Positions 1 through 11,300 of a stretch of DNA of 29,198 nt are shown piece by piece (the first letter of the stretch is position 1; each line of letters opens with the position of its first letter). Position numbers and translations under genes: made by a program. The notes below the pieces were generated by a model that was not told the origin of the DNA, made no database searches, and saw only the letters and a list, made by a program, of their open reading frames with translations. The stretch lies in IMG/VR virus record IMGVR_UViG_3300020044_005488, positions 1-29,198 of that record; one strand, written 5' to 3'. Origin of the DNA: a virus. Lineage: Duplodnaviria; Caudoviricetes.

Positions 1-66
1 ATTGTCGTTCATGACAATGACTTTGCCCGTTTTGATGTTCAAAACCTTGTGTTCTTTAATAATCAT
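1..66 (-). CDS. Partial CDS running off the window edge (MIIKEHKVLNIKTGKVIVMNDN...)
   Basis: ATG at 64-66 with an A/C-rich leader, open to position 1, directly downstream of the gpF-like gene. Not in the ORF track. Confidence 0.6.
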   Translation of the reverse strand, partial: MIIKEHKVLNIKTGKVIVMNDN

Positions 67-111
67 TGATTGTGTTGTTTTCGGTAAAATTAACGAATTT
101 TTTTTGATTAA

Positions 112-993
112 TTACAAACCTAATTCGGCACGTTGTGATTTTGTCAACTTAAACGGAATCGCTGAATGGCGACAATTATAACCACCACGAAAAACCGCGA
201 AATTGTTTGGTGTCGTTCCCGGAATCATTCCGGTTCCGTTATTGTACGCCCAATTTAATTCGTTTTGTAATTCAGACGCCAACAAAACATTTTTTCCAAC
301 CCAACGGACACATTGTGGTCGTGAATCGTCAATCAATGAACCAACGTATCTGAATGCATCCAAACCGAATGTTTCAGCAATATGCGAATTCACTTGACCG
401 TCGAATTGATTCAGCGAATCGCGCGAAACTTGGGTGACGTATCGTTTCAATTGTGACATTCGTTCCGGGTTGCTCAAAATATAATTTGACAAAAAAACTT
501 CCATGTCCGAAATGGTTGTCCCGGCGACAATGTTTTTATAAATACCCTCACGAACGGGTTGAATGAAATTTGTTGAAACGCCGGTCCCGGTCAAACCATT
601 CAATGTTTGTTCGACATTTGCTTTTTGAATTGGATTAATTAAATCGGACAATTCTTTTTCGGAAATATCATTCACCGATTTTTGCGCGTCAAAATTGAAT
701 TGTTTGATTGTTTCAAATGACCTTAAAAATTCCTTGACTTGCGTTGGATAATTTGAACCCTGCAACGCGTTTTGAATAACGGCGTCGATTTCATTCACGA
801 TTGCCGTGTTGGTATCGTCAAACAAAATTTTGCCACCTTCAACATTCATTGTGTTGATTTTCTTTTTGACCGCATCAAAAATTTTTTTCTCAATATTGTC
901 AAAATTATCAACCAAATCATTTTCCGCAATTAAAACTTCCTTGTCTTTTTTGCCAACTAATTTGTCAATTGAAATCGCGAAAACATCAGCCAT
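112..993 (-). CDS. Minor head / head morphogenesis protein (Mu gpF / SPP1 gp7-like)
   Basis: C-terminal YVGSLIDDSRPQC...RGGYNCRH motif; lies immediately downstream of the portal. Confidence 0.75.
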   Translation of the reverse strand: MADVFAISIDKLVGKKDKEVLIAENDLVDNFDNIEKKIFDAVKKKINTMNVEGGKILFDDTNTAIVNEIDAVIQNALQGSNYPTQVKEFLRSFETIKQFNFDAQKSVNDISEKELSDLINPIQKANVEQTLNGLTGTGVSTNFIQPVREGIYKNIVAGTTISDMEVFLSNYILSNPERMSQLKRYVTQVSRDSLNQFDGQVNSHIAETFGLDAFRYVGSLIDDSRPQCVRWVGKNVLLASELQNELNWAYNNGTGMIPGTTPNNFAVFRGGYNCRHSAIPFKLTKSQRAELGL

Positions 994-995
994 TT

Positions 996-2678
996 TTAAA
1001 TTGAAATTACGGTTGTCGTGTTATATGAATCAACAATCGGTTGCAACGCTTTGTCCAAATCCGCAAAAATTACCGATAAATCATTTTCCAAATATGTCGT
1101 TCCATTATCGGCCACAATTTTTGTCAATGTTTTATAGGCATATAGTGAACGAATTAAATCGTCTTTTTTGATAACACCTGACGCCAACAACATTTGTTTG
1201 TCTTTTGTGTTCACATGATAAATCGGATCGTATGAAACCAAAATTTCAACAATTCGTGTGATTGGTATATTCCCGGAAAAACGTTTTTTTGCAAGGTCTT
1301 TTGTCGCTTCAACTAAAAATGCAACCGGCGCGTTTTTGTCGTTCAATTTATTTATTTCGTCAATCAAGTCGTTTTCGGTTTTCATGCTGAATGAAATCGG
1401 TTTCACAATAACCGGATCAATCGGATTCGCGACGCTTCGATATTTTTCAATAATTAATAAACTTTGATAAATAATTTCGTCAAAAATATTGTTCGAAATT
1501 TTCGTCAACATCATGAATGAATCTTCGCGGTCAATTTCCTTTGCCGTTCCTGATTGCGCTTCGTCAATATTATTCAAATGCAACGCGTCTTCGGCTTTTT
1601 TCAATAATGTTTCCCATGCGCGACCGGAATATTCAATCACATCAACCGGCGGCCCAATAAAACGAATCATTGGTTCACTTGAATTGTTTGGTCCGTCAAT
1701 CAAATTTCCCTTTTCGCGCATAAATACGCCAAACGGCGAACGTGTAATGACGCGCCCGGTTCCCTTACATGAACGACACATGACATGTTCTTCAGTTTCG
1801 CCGTTATAACAAAACCCGTCACGACAACCAGGTGCCGAACATGTTTCCGCAACTTCTTCTCGATAAGGAAAACACGACGTTGTCATGATTGCCGTCCAAT
1901 CTGAATATTGTCGAATCGCTTCATTTGCAAACGGCAAAAACGCGCTGAAATAACTTTCAAAATAATCGTCGTCGGTAACATCACCGCCCAATACAACACC
2001 CGGCAAAAATCCGATGTTGTGTTGATAGATTAATTCAACAACGAATTTGTTGTCTTTTTTAATTCCGATTTGGGTGTGTTTATAAAACGCGTCCGGTGTC
2101 AACGTGTAAATGATTCGGCCTTCTTTTTTATTTCGGCCACCTTGATAAACTTCGCTTTGTTCGTCTTCAGCAACCCACGAAATGACACCTTCGTCAATGT
2201 CCAAAAAATGAATTTGATTTGAACCAACAATCAACGGATAAACGTCAACTTTGACCGTCGGATTTGTCAACCCTTCGCCCGTCGGAATCCATACCAACCA
2301 ACCGTTCGGATCTTCAATCATTCGACGAACGACATATTTCTGAATATACGAATAAAAATATTGATTGTCGAATTTTTGCGTGTTCAAATACGTTGACAAT
2401 TCGTCTGACACCTGAATTGAAAAATTCGCCGAACTAAAAATTCGATACAATTTGTCGATTGCGCGATTGATTGAACCTTTTGTGATTGGTTCGTAAATGT
2501 CCAAACGATATTTTTGAATCTCGGCGTCTTCATTCGGACGTCGTTGTGTTAATATTCGCCCCGGATTTTTCCCGCGTGTATGCACAAACATTTCGTCGCG
2601 TACTTCAACCCAATCGTCTTTTTCTTCTGGTTGCGGCAAATCGCCCAACATTGAATTGTAAATTTCTATTTCAAACAT
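996..2678 (-). CDS. Portal protein with an inserted Cys-rich zinc-finger-like segment
   Basis: 560 aa, largely helical, portal-like SGTAKEIDR motif, sits before the gpF-like gene. Internal CSAPGC...CRSCKGTG. Confidence 0.75.
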   Translation of the reverse strand: MFEIEIYNSMLGDLPQPEEKDDWVEVRDEMFVHTRGKNPGRILTQRRPNEDAEIQKYRLDIYEPITKGSINRAIDKLYRIFSSANFSIQVSDELSTYLNTQKFDNQYFYSYIQKYVVRRMIEDPNGWLVWIPTGEGLTNPTVKVDVYPLIVGSNQIHFLDIDEGVISWVAEDEQSEVYQGGRNKKEGRIIYTLTPDAFYKHTQIGIKKDNKFVVELIYQHNIGFLPGVVLGGDVTDDDYFESYFSAFLPFANEAIRQYSDWTAIMTTSCFPYREEVAETCSAPGCRDGFCYNGETEEHVMCRSCKGTGRVITRSPFGVFMREKGNLIDGPNNSSEPMIRFIGPPVDVIEYSGRAWETLLKKAEDALHLNNIDEAQSGTAKEIDREDSFMMLTKISNNIFDEIIYQSLLIIEKYRSVANPIDPVIVKPISFSMKTENDLIDEINKLNDKNAPVAFLVEATKDLAKKRFSGNIPITRIVEILVSYDPIYHVNTKDKQMLLASGVIKKDDLIRSLYAYKTLTKIVADNGTTYLENDLSVIFADLDKALQPIVDSYNTTTVISI

Positions 2679-2684
2679 AATTTT

Positions 2685-3743
2685 TTAACATGATAACGTT
2701 TTTGAACAATTTATTTTTCGCAATTGGGCTTCAACAAACCATTGATTCCCGACCTCGTTATTTTTAGGAATTTCGCCGTCCGAAATATATTCAACGCCGT
2801 TGACATAAACATTTTTCGCGGCCAAAATATTTGTCAAAATTTTTGCAATTTGACGTGGAATTCGTTTTGATTTCAATGTCCATTTTTCAATGACTTCCGA
2901 CGAAACCGTTGTCAATCGCGTTCCGACAAATTCTTTTGCAATTTCAAACGATGTTTGTTCGATAAATCCTGGCAAACGATATTGATTGTAAAATGTGAAC
3001 GGTGTTCCGTTTCCAACGAATTCGTCACCGTAATAATATTTGAAACAATCGGTTGTTTTGTAGTTACCTTCCAACATCAATGTTTCGGATTTGTCCGGAC
3101 ATGGATCGAATTTGTAAGGTTCCGAACAAAACGAATATTTTGAAACCGGATTTGCCGCGTTGAACCACCATTCAAAAACAAAACACCCGCCGCCGTTTGG
3201 AAATTGCGCGTTCAAATCAATGTATAATTGCTTTAAATCAATTTCGATTTGCTGAATATTTTTCCATGTAATATTTCCCGCGTAATCATAAACCGGGAAA
3301 ACACCGACAAATTTATTTGACGCGTAATTCGTCACCGATTTTGGATTGCCACCTGACATGATATATTGATCCGAACAACAATCTTTGACAAATCCATTTG
3401 CAAAACCGGTCGGTCCCCAACCATACGGAAACGAACCGTTCGGATCTTGACCGTTGAAATTGTCGATTTGCTGAAATTGAAAAACCAAAATGTCTTCATC
3501 TAAAACCGGCGACCAATACGGCAAATCATTTCCGCAAAGATTGCAATTGAACGATGTATCACATGAACACAATGTCAAACCGTTATTCACAACAACTGAA
3601 TCGCAATCGTCACCGTTTCCGCAAATCAAAATTTCTATTTCTTTGCAAATGATACGTGATTCAATGTCGTCAATGTCGCCACAATCCGACGATTGGTCGC
3701 AATATGTTTTTGAATTGATTGAATAGTTTACAAAATAACCCAT
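2685..3743 (-). CDS. Cys-rich structural (tail-associated) protein
   Basis: 352 aa with about 17 Cys, in the tail gene run downstream of the tape measure gene. Confidence 0.6.
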   Translation of the reverse strand: MGYFVNYSINSKTYCDQSSDCGDIDDIESRIICKEIEILICGNGDDCDSVVVNNGLTLCSCDTSFNCNLCGNDLPYWSPVLDEDILVFQFQQIDNFNGQDPNGSFPYGWGPTGFANGFVKDCCSDQYIMSGGNPKSVTNYASNKFVGVFPVYDYAGNITWKNIQQIEIDLKQLYIDLNAQFPNGGGCFVFEWWFNAANPVSKYSFCSEPYKFDPCPDKSETLMLEGNYKTTDCFKYYYGDEFVGNGTPFTFYNQYRLPGFIEQTSFEIAKEFVGTRLTTVSSEVIEKWTLKSKRIPRQIAKILTNILAAKNVYVNGVEYISDGEIPKNNEVGNQWFVEAQLRKINCSKTLSC

Positions 3744-3752
3744 GTTTATTTT

Positions 3753-6581
3753 TTATGGTTTTTTTAATTGAACACCGCAAATTTGATATTTGCCAGGCGA
3801 CAATAAAGATAAATCAATTTTAAAGAATGCCGAACCACCCGAAAACGTCGGGTTGACGTCGTATAATTCCGGACATGATAATTGTGTCAATCCGGTTCCG
3901 CTTGTACCGCCGTTTTCCTCTAACAAGTTATTGACGCCATAAGGGAAACGATCCAACATTGCAATAAACGTGTAATTTGCCGCAACTAATTGTTGAACTT
4001 CAATCAACAAATAATCAAATTGACCGTCGCAAAACGGACCGGTAACATTTGACGGTGTTCCGTTTTTATATCCTTTGACGCTTATTCCTTTTAACATTTG
4101 CGAATAAGGTTGCGGATTTGTTTCATAGTCAACCGGGTGAATTTTGTTGTTTCTTACAATTGTAAAATCACATGATTGACCATAAATCGGTGACAAATCA
4201 AAGTCAAATTGATATTCAAAATAAACGTCTAAATCGGCCCAATCAAAATTCGCGTTGTTTACTGAAATATAGGTTGACGCCAACGCCCCCGCCGGATTTC
4301 GTGTGAAACCTTGCGCCGTATTTGCAACGAAAACATTCCCGTTTGAAATTGGCAAATTTGGTTCATAACGAACACGCCCGTTCCATTCCGTTGACAATGT
4401 TGTTCCGTCGTCACTCACAATCAAATCCGAACTATTGTTTTGCCAATTGCCAGGAAAACCCGCAATTCGATTTGAAGACATTGAATAAAAATAAAAAAAC
4501 GTTGTTTGTCCGGTTGACGGATAATTGTTCACCTTTCTGTAAACATTCAATGTGACTTTTTTCAAAAAATCAATCCATGTGTTTGCCGGATCCATTCCAA
4601 AATTTGTCAAACAAATATCAAACGCGCCACCGGTGATTTGCATTTTGTTTTGAATTCGTTCTTTCATTGTTGGCGCAAAACATTGATTGACGAATGACAT
4701 TGAATAATCATTCCACGTATTTGAATAAGTCAATGAACAACACAATTCAATTCCTGGAATTTGCGTCACCGGAATAATGTCCGAAATAAAAGAATTCGAA
4801 ATCGTTATCAAACCACTAACGCCGTAAACAATCGCACCAATGCGCCATTGTCCGTTTGGATTGATTGAATTATCAATGTAACATGTAACGCGCCATGTCG
4901 AACCACCCACGTTCGTAATTAATGTTGACGGCGCATAAATCAAATTATTCAATTGACCGGGTGTTGCGTCGGTCGGAATTGCAATTCGTGACATGTCGTA
5001 ATTCAACGGAAACGTTGTTGTGTTATCTGTTTGACTTGTATCAAATAACATGATGTAACAATCCCATAATGTCGAAATTGAATCAATTTCAAAAATTAAT
5101 TGCGTTTGTTGAACGGTTGACAAATTAGAAACAAAAACACCGTTGCGTTTGAATTTGAATTGTGGATTCGTAAACTCTGACGCGCCACCGTACAAACCAG
5201 AATTCCAAAAACGCGATGTCCAACCGATTGATTTTGTCAAATAACAATTAAAATCGACGGCTTGTCCATTCACAATTGTTTGAACATTTGAATCGGTGAT
5301 GTAAGTCATCAAACACAAATTTTTGTTTGAATTATAAACCGATTGAATTGTGTTTGTCAACGGTGTTGGTGAACTAATATGTGAATTCAACAACTTTGGT
5401 TGATTTGGAATTGTTGTTCCGTCAATCCAATTTTCAAGGTCTTCAATCATGAAAAAATTCAATGTGATAATGAAATTTGTATTATCAACAAATTGAATTG
5501 TCGCGTTCAAATTCTTTTGTGAATTTGCATTCACACCCGCGCCATATAAAGTCATTTGATACAACCCACCAATTAACGCGTTTGAATTCAGGTCAAAAAA
5601 CCAACCTGCCGGTGGCGGCGAATCAATAATTCCGGAACCATAACGTCCTGGATAGTTGCAATTGATGTCAAATAAAACCGGATTGAAAAATATTTTCACA
5701 CCCGCTTGTAAATTAACATAAGTCATGGTCCATTGCAACGAAACACTTGCGCCAATGCTTATTCGGTCAAATAAAACAGACGAACCGCAATTTCCGATTT
5801 GTTGAACCCACCCACCGTCGGAAAAAATATTCAAATAACGACATCCAATTCCACAATCACCGCAATAGACCGGTTGATAATAAACTAAAACATTGTAGGT
5901 TTCACCGCAATTTGTGACATCAAAATAAAAAATATCACCGTCACTCATGTCCAACGGACACGTTTGAATTCCGACTTCATGTTCACCCGGCGGAATAGGC
6001 AATGAAACGCCCGTTCCCGAACCAGACGCAACGCCGTCAATAAACCAATTGAGCGCACCGGTAAAAAATGAAATCGTTGAAAATCCAACATTGACCGTGA
6101 ACGGCGTTGGATTGTTCACTCTAAAAAAGTCACCTTGTAATTTCGTGCAATCGTCTAAACATGGATGCCAATTAAATTGTGTTTGCGAAATGATTGGATT
6201 TGTGACCGGATCAATATTAATCATGTCAAAGGTCCATGTTTGCGAACCGCTTCCCGGCGAATTCCAATGAACTTCCAACTCAAACGATGTAACGTGACCA
6301 ACGGCCGCGTCACAATCCGCACAAACCGACACCAAACATGTGATTTCATTCAATGAATTCAATGTGATGTTATATGTCAACGGATCGGTCCATGCAACGC
6401 CGTCAACGCTCAAAATTTGCGTCGAACAACCGCCGGTGTTATTTATATGGATTCGATGTATTGAACGCGTCGGTTCGTTCGTGTTCAACTTTACTTTTAT
6501 TTCAACCAAACCACAACAACCCGCAAAAATTGGATTTGTCGCGCCGGAACTGTTATCAACTAAATTCGATGTGATTATCAT
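3753..6581 (-). CDS. Large beta-rich, Cys-rich tail/baseplate or receptor-binding protein
   Basis: 942 aa rich in N/T/S/G and aromatic residues, about 27 Cys, second gene after the tape measure gene. Confidence 0.6.
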   Translation of the reverse strand: MIITSNLVDNSSGATNPIFAGCCGLVEIKVKLNTNEPTRSIHRIHINNTGGCSTQILSVDGVAWTDPLTYNITLNSLNEITCLVSVCADCDAAVGHVTSFELEVHWNSPGSGSQTWTFDMINIDPVTNPIISQTQFNWHPCLDDCTKLQGDFFRVNNPTPFTVNVGFSTISFFTGALNWFIDGVASGSGTGVSLPIPPGEHEVGIQTCPLDMSDGDIFYFDVTNCGETYNVLVYYQPVYCGDCGIGCRYLNIFSDGGWVQQIGNCGSSVLFDRISIGASVSLQWTMTYVNLQAGVKIFFNPVLFDINCNYPGRYGSGIIDSPPPAGWFFDLNSNALIGGLYQMTLYGAGVNANSQKNLNATIQFVDNTNFIITLNFFMIEDLENWIDGTTIPNQPKLLNSHISSPTPLTNTIQSVYNSNKNLCLMTYITDSNVQTIVNGQAVDFNCYLTKSIGWTSRFWNSGLYGGASEFTNPQFKFKRNGVFVSNLSTVQQTQLIFEIDSISTLWDCYIMLFDTSQTDNTTTFPLNYDMSRIAIPTDATPGQLNNLIYAPSTLITNVGGSTWRVTCYIDNSINPNGQWRIGAIVYGVSGLITISNSFISDIIPVTQIPGIELCCSLTYSNTWNDYSMSFVNQCFAPTMKERIQNKMQITGGAFDICLTNFGMDPANTWIDFLKKVTLNVYRKVNNYPSTGQTTFFYFYSMSSNRIAGFPGNWQNNSSDLIVSDDGTTLSTEWNGRVRYEPNLPISNGNVFVANTAQGFTRNPAGALASTYISVNNANFDWADLDVYFEYQFDFDLSPIYGQSCDFTIVRNNKIHPVDYETNPQPYSQMLKGISVKGYKNGTPSNVTGPFCDGQFDYLLIEVQQLVAANYTFIAMLDRFPYGVNNLLEENGGTSGTGLTQLSCPELYDVNPTFSGGSAFFKIDLSLLSPGKYQICGVQLKKP

Positions 6582-6600
6582 GTTTCAAATTTATTTAAAA

Positions 6601-8337
6601 TTAAACAATTCCCGCAACTTGGATCACTCTTTTTGTGAAATCAATATTTAATTCTTTGACAACGCCGTTGACAATTTGCCCGTTTTTAATTAACCGAATT
6701 GTTTTGGCAAAATTAAAATCATTGTATGTTTGACAATCAAATTCAAAAGTAAATTTAAAATCGAATTGCGTCGTTCCTGGCAACCTTGGATCGTCGATGT
6801 AATGAAACAACGAATAAAGATTGTTTTTGTAACTTGCATTGAACCAAAACGGATAATTGAAACGTTCGTCGGGTGCTGGTCCCGGATAACCACCACAAAA
6901 CGCGTCGGAATAGTCATGTTTAACCAAACCGGCCGTTCCTGAATTTGTGTCATAAATCATGAATTTATAATAACCGACTGTATGTTGATTGGTTAACAAT
7001 GTTTGGTCGTAATCTGAAAAAATATTGTGCCAAATGAAATTCACGATTCCACCTAAAAACGTTTGAAAATAATCATAAACGGTCAAATCAATTCCGTCCT
7101 TTCGATGTCGTGACGGCCCTATTTGCAATAATATTTCGCGTGAACCTTTTTGTCCTGGGTTATAGGGAACATTCCATTCGACAATGTCATTGAATCTTGT
7201 TATTGATTCGTTTCCAACATAGTCAACAAAATCTTTTGAATATTGATAATCGCCATAGGACCAACGTTCCTTGTCAATCCAATTAAAACAAATTTCATTG
7301 TTTTGAATTTTACCTTCATTCAATAATTGTTCAACGTCAATCCATGTCGTTGTTGTTTGAAAAAAATCCTTTCGTTCAAAAACCAAAACATTGTTGACAA
7401 TTTGAAATTCGGCATTGAAAATCGGTTTCAAATACGTTTGCATTAACGTTTCAATTGTTTCAATTGGTTTGTTGTCCGAAATCAATGTGAAATCGTTTGA
7501 ATCATACGGACGGCCCTTTGCAACTTGCGCGGCAAATAATACCGTGTTGTAATAAGGTGACGACGGATCATTTAGAATTGAACTTTGAAATTGCAATCCA
7601 CATTTTTCACATGCGTTTTTTATATAGTCACGAACATACGGTGACGGGTGAAAACGACCGCACGGTGCTAATGACGCGCTTAAATCTGTTAATAAATGTT
7701 GAATGTTATTTATCAATGTGATTGGATTTGTTAAACCACCGCCGCAATTAACGTCAACACGTGGAATTGAATTAATAGCCGAACAAATAACATAGACAAT
7801 CCCAAAAATGACAAAAATCACCGGAACCAAAACGAAAAAAATAAATTGAAACGTGAAATTCCAAATTGTCGCTTGTAAAATTAACGCGTATTGTAAAAAT
7901 TCCGGACGTACTTCAATGCAATAACGAATGATTGGATTTGAACGATTCAAAAATCCGTTGTGATTGTCCCAAATTAATGTTGATTTGACGCAATTGATTT
8001 TCGCTTCGTCTTCAATCACATTTGCTGAAATAAAACATTTGGGTTCACACCAATCAATCGCGTCGCCTTTGATAACACCTTCGAAAACCGCTTCGCGACA
8101 ACAATCGTCAAAAATTTTGATTGCAACGCTTTTTGAAAATCCGAATGGATCGTCAATCAATGCCGTTTTTAAAATTTGATAACCGTCATCGTAAAATGTC
8201 AATTCAGATGTGAACGATTTCGCCAATGTTCCGTCTTCGGCACGGTTCCGCAATGTGACCGAAAAATTTTGAATGCCGTCAATCACCCCGGTGACCAATG
8301 TCCCGTTTAATTCAATTCGCATTGTTGAATTTGCCAT
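6601..8337 (-). CDS. Tail tip/hub-like protein with an internal hydrophobic segment
   Basis: 578 aa directly after the tape measure gene; contains a ~40 aa hydrophobic run FLQYALIL...VYVICSAI. Confidence 0.6.
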   Translation of the reverse strand: MANSTMRIELNGTLVTGVIDGIQNFSVTLRNRAEDGTLAKSFTSELTFYDDGYQILKTALIDDPFGFSKSVAIKIFDDCCREAVFEGVIKGDAIDWCEPKCFISANVIEDEAKINCVKSTLIWDNHNGFLNRSNPIIRYCIEVRPEFLQYALILQATIWNFTFQFIFFVLVPVIFVIFGIVYVICSAINSIPRVDVNCGGGLTNPITLINNIQHLLTDLSASLAPCGRFHPSPYVRDYIKNACEKCGLQFQSSILNDPSSPYYNTVLFAAQVAKGRPYDSNDFTLISDNKPIETIETLMQTYLKPIFNAEFQIVNNVLVFERKDFFQTTTTWIDVEQLLNEGKIQNNEICFNWIDKERWSYGDYQYSKDFVDYVGNESITRFNDIVEWNVPYNPGQKGSREILLQIGPSRHRKDGIDLTVYDYFQTFLGGIVNFIWHNIFSDYDQTLLTNQHTVGYYKFMIYDTNSGTAGLVKHDYSDAFCGGYPGPAPDERFNYPFWFNASYKNNLYSLFHYIDDPRLPGTTQFDFKFTFEFDCQTYNDFNFAKTIRLIKNGQIVNGVVKELNIDFTKRVIQVAGIV

Positions 8338-8340
8338 GTT

Positions 8341-11300
8341 TTATTTTGCTTTGTTTCGAATTCGATTTTCTTTGAACTGATAATGTGAAACCAAACCATG
8401 AATTCCACGTTCGTCGATTGACAAATTTATTCGCGATTGTTCCCGAATTGCATTTTCAATTCGCGACAATTGTTGATCCATGTTGTGATTGTTTACGACG
8501 ATAATTTTTTCGCCTAAACCCAACGCCATTTCAGGTGTTCGACCTTTGTGAATCGCTTCAAAAAATGAACGATATTTTGATGTTTTGTCCTTTGTGAAAA
8601 CAAATTCGCCTTTGTGAACAACACCGGCCGTTTCACTTTTGCCACCGTCACCCGTGTAACCACCTTTTTCAAAACCTGCCGCCGCTTGGGCCTGGCTTCG
8701 TGCTGAAATAAATCCGGCCGCCAATGCCAACAATGTCGCGGTAATTGTGAACGGTGCCGCCGGACCACCTAATGCCGCCGCTTTTGCGATTGCGATTGAC
8801 GAATTCAACGCCAATTCAATAAATGCCAACGCTTGTTGTTGACGAACAAATTTTGCACGTTCTTTTGTTAATTTGTCCAAACGTTCTTGTTCCAATTGCA
8901 AAACCTCGGCATTGCCTTTTTCCGCAATTGTTTTGGCTTGTTCAATTCGTTTTTCTTGCGCTGAAATTGCCAAATCCGCTTCCCGAATTCGCGCGTCAAT
9001 GACTTGATTAATGAAATCAATTGTCGCCTTTCGAACGTCTTCAATTCCTTGTTTTATTTTTTCGCGTTTTTCTTCTTCCAATTTTATTTCGGCTTCGCTC
9101 AACCCTTCTGACAATTTCAATGTTTTTTTGCTCGTTGCGTCCTTCTCTTTTAAAATTGCAAAATCCGCTTTTTTATTTATCAATTCAATTTCCTTTACGT
9201 CACCTTTTGCGTTGGCAATATCACGTTGACGATTTTCATTAATTTGCTGAATTCGTTCCTGACTTGCTTTTTCTTCAGCCAAAATTTGCAAACGAATTGT
9301 TTCGGCCAAATTTTTTTTCAATGAATCAATTGCCTTTTTACTTCGTGCTTTTTCAAATTTTTCAATGATTTTGTCTTTTTTTGTTTCTAAATCGGTGATG
9401 GCTTGTTCCTGGATAAATTGACTTTGTTCGAATTGTTGTTGTTGAATGTCTTCGCGCAATTTCTGAATTCTTAATTCTTCTTTGTAACCTTCAGCCGAAA
9501 TTTGATTTCCGGTTCGACGGGCCAAATTCAATTTTTTTTGCGTTCCGATTTGTTCAATCAATGATTCATTTTGTTTCGTCAACGTTCCATTTTTTTTCGC
9601 GTCTTCTTTTTCGCGTTCTGTTTCCAAATCAATGATTCGTTCCTGATCCGCTTGAATTGCCTTCAATTGGGTAAATGTTTCATTGAAATTTTTTGGAACG
9701 ATGTTGACTTCTAATTCCATTCGTGCCGCTTCATTTTCTAAATCGGCCAATTGACGTTTTAAATCATTGAAAAAATTCAACGTGTCATTTTTTGTTTTAT
9801 CGTCAACCTTGCCAACTTGGGAAACATCGAATTTTGATTTTGACAATTGTTGTTCCAAATTCGCCGAACTTTGCGACAACGCGTCAATTGCGTCAACGGT
9901 TTGTGATAATTGTTCAACCGTCTTTTGATTTTGTTTGATGTCAACAACATTCAAAACATTTTTTTGCAATTTGTTTTGTTGTTTTGCTAAATCCGCATAT
10001 TGACCTTCAAATGTTGAATTGACATTGATAATATCTTTTGAAAATGATTTTTGGAATTCCTGGTTGCTGAATGCGACGTTTTTTTGTAAATCACCGGACA
10101 ATGTATTGAAAACCGATTTTTGTTTTTCGCTTAATTTATTTCGAAACGCGTCCAAACCTTCTTCAACTGTTTTGAATGATTTCACGTCAAATTTTCCAAC
10201 ACCTTTGAAAATCGATTCAGATAATGCCGCGCCACCGGATGCGCTTTGTTGAATTTTTGTTTGTAGGTTCAACGCTTGTTTAAACAATTCCGTCAATTGT
10301 TGTGATGTCGCTTCGGCTTGGGCCTTTAATTTGATTTGATTGGTCAATTTTTTATAGGCGTCGTCAACTTGTTTGACAAATTTTTCTTCATCACTCAAAT
10401 TTTTCAACGTTGTTCCGTATGTCGAATTGATTTGGTCAATAATTGTTTTGCGTTCCTTTGATCCGGTCGTTGTCAACTTCAATTGTTTGAACAATTGATC
10501 CAACTTCGAAATTTCGGACGCCATGTTTTGATTTGTTTGTTCCTGAATATTATTTTGGGCTTGTTTCAAATCAATGAACGTTTCCGTTTCTTTATTCGCT
10601 TCAGCGGTTGCGTTTGCGGCCCCTTCGGTTGCGTCGCCGTAATCAATCATAAATGCCGCCGCCGTTGCCAACAATGAAACAACCAATCCAATCGGATTCG
10701 CCTTCAATGCGGTGTTGAAACCTTGTTGTGCAATGGTCGCGATTTCCGTTCCGACCGCATAGGCACGTTGAACAATGTTTCCTTGCACTTGCGCGGCCGT
10801 CTTTAATCTTAATTGAACAAAACCCAATGTCACCGCCGTATTCAATGCGCGTTGACGTAATATAGACAACAACGATTCTTTGTTTGCTAATTGCTGAATG
10901 ACAAATCCGCGAATTTGCGCACTAACGTATAAAGAAACGGCCGCACCCAATAATGAAAACGCAACTTTGTTTTGTTCAATGATTGCAGGAATTCGTCGCA
11001 AAAATTCAATTGCACGTGATGCGCCACCGATTAACACTTCAAAAATTGGTAACAACCCTTCACCAACGGATCGCGCAACCTGGTCAAAATTATCTTTTAA
11101 TGTTGACACACGACCGGCAAATGATTGTCCCAACGTCGCCGTCAAACCTTCAAATTGACCGCCGTTTGACGTTAATGTTTGAAACGCTTTTTCCAAATCT
11201 TTGAAACCGATTTTCCCTTCAGACGCTAATTTTTTAACGTTTTCGGCACCGACGCCCAAATTTTTCGCAAACTCCTGAATGATAGGAACACCCGCTTCCG

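Noticed and set aside
3753-6581. Possible diversity-generating retroelement target or invertible tail-fibre cassette
   Set aside because: I saw no reverse transcriptase, invertase or template/variable repeat pair in the window.
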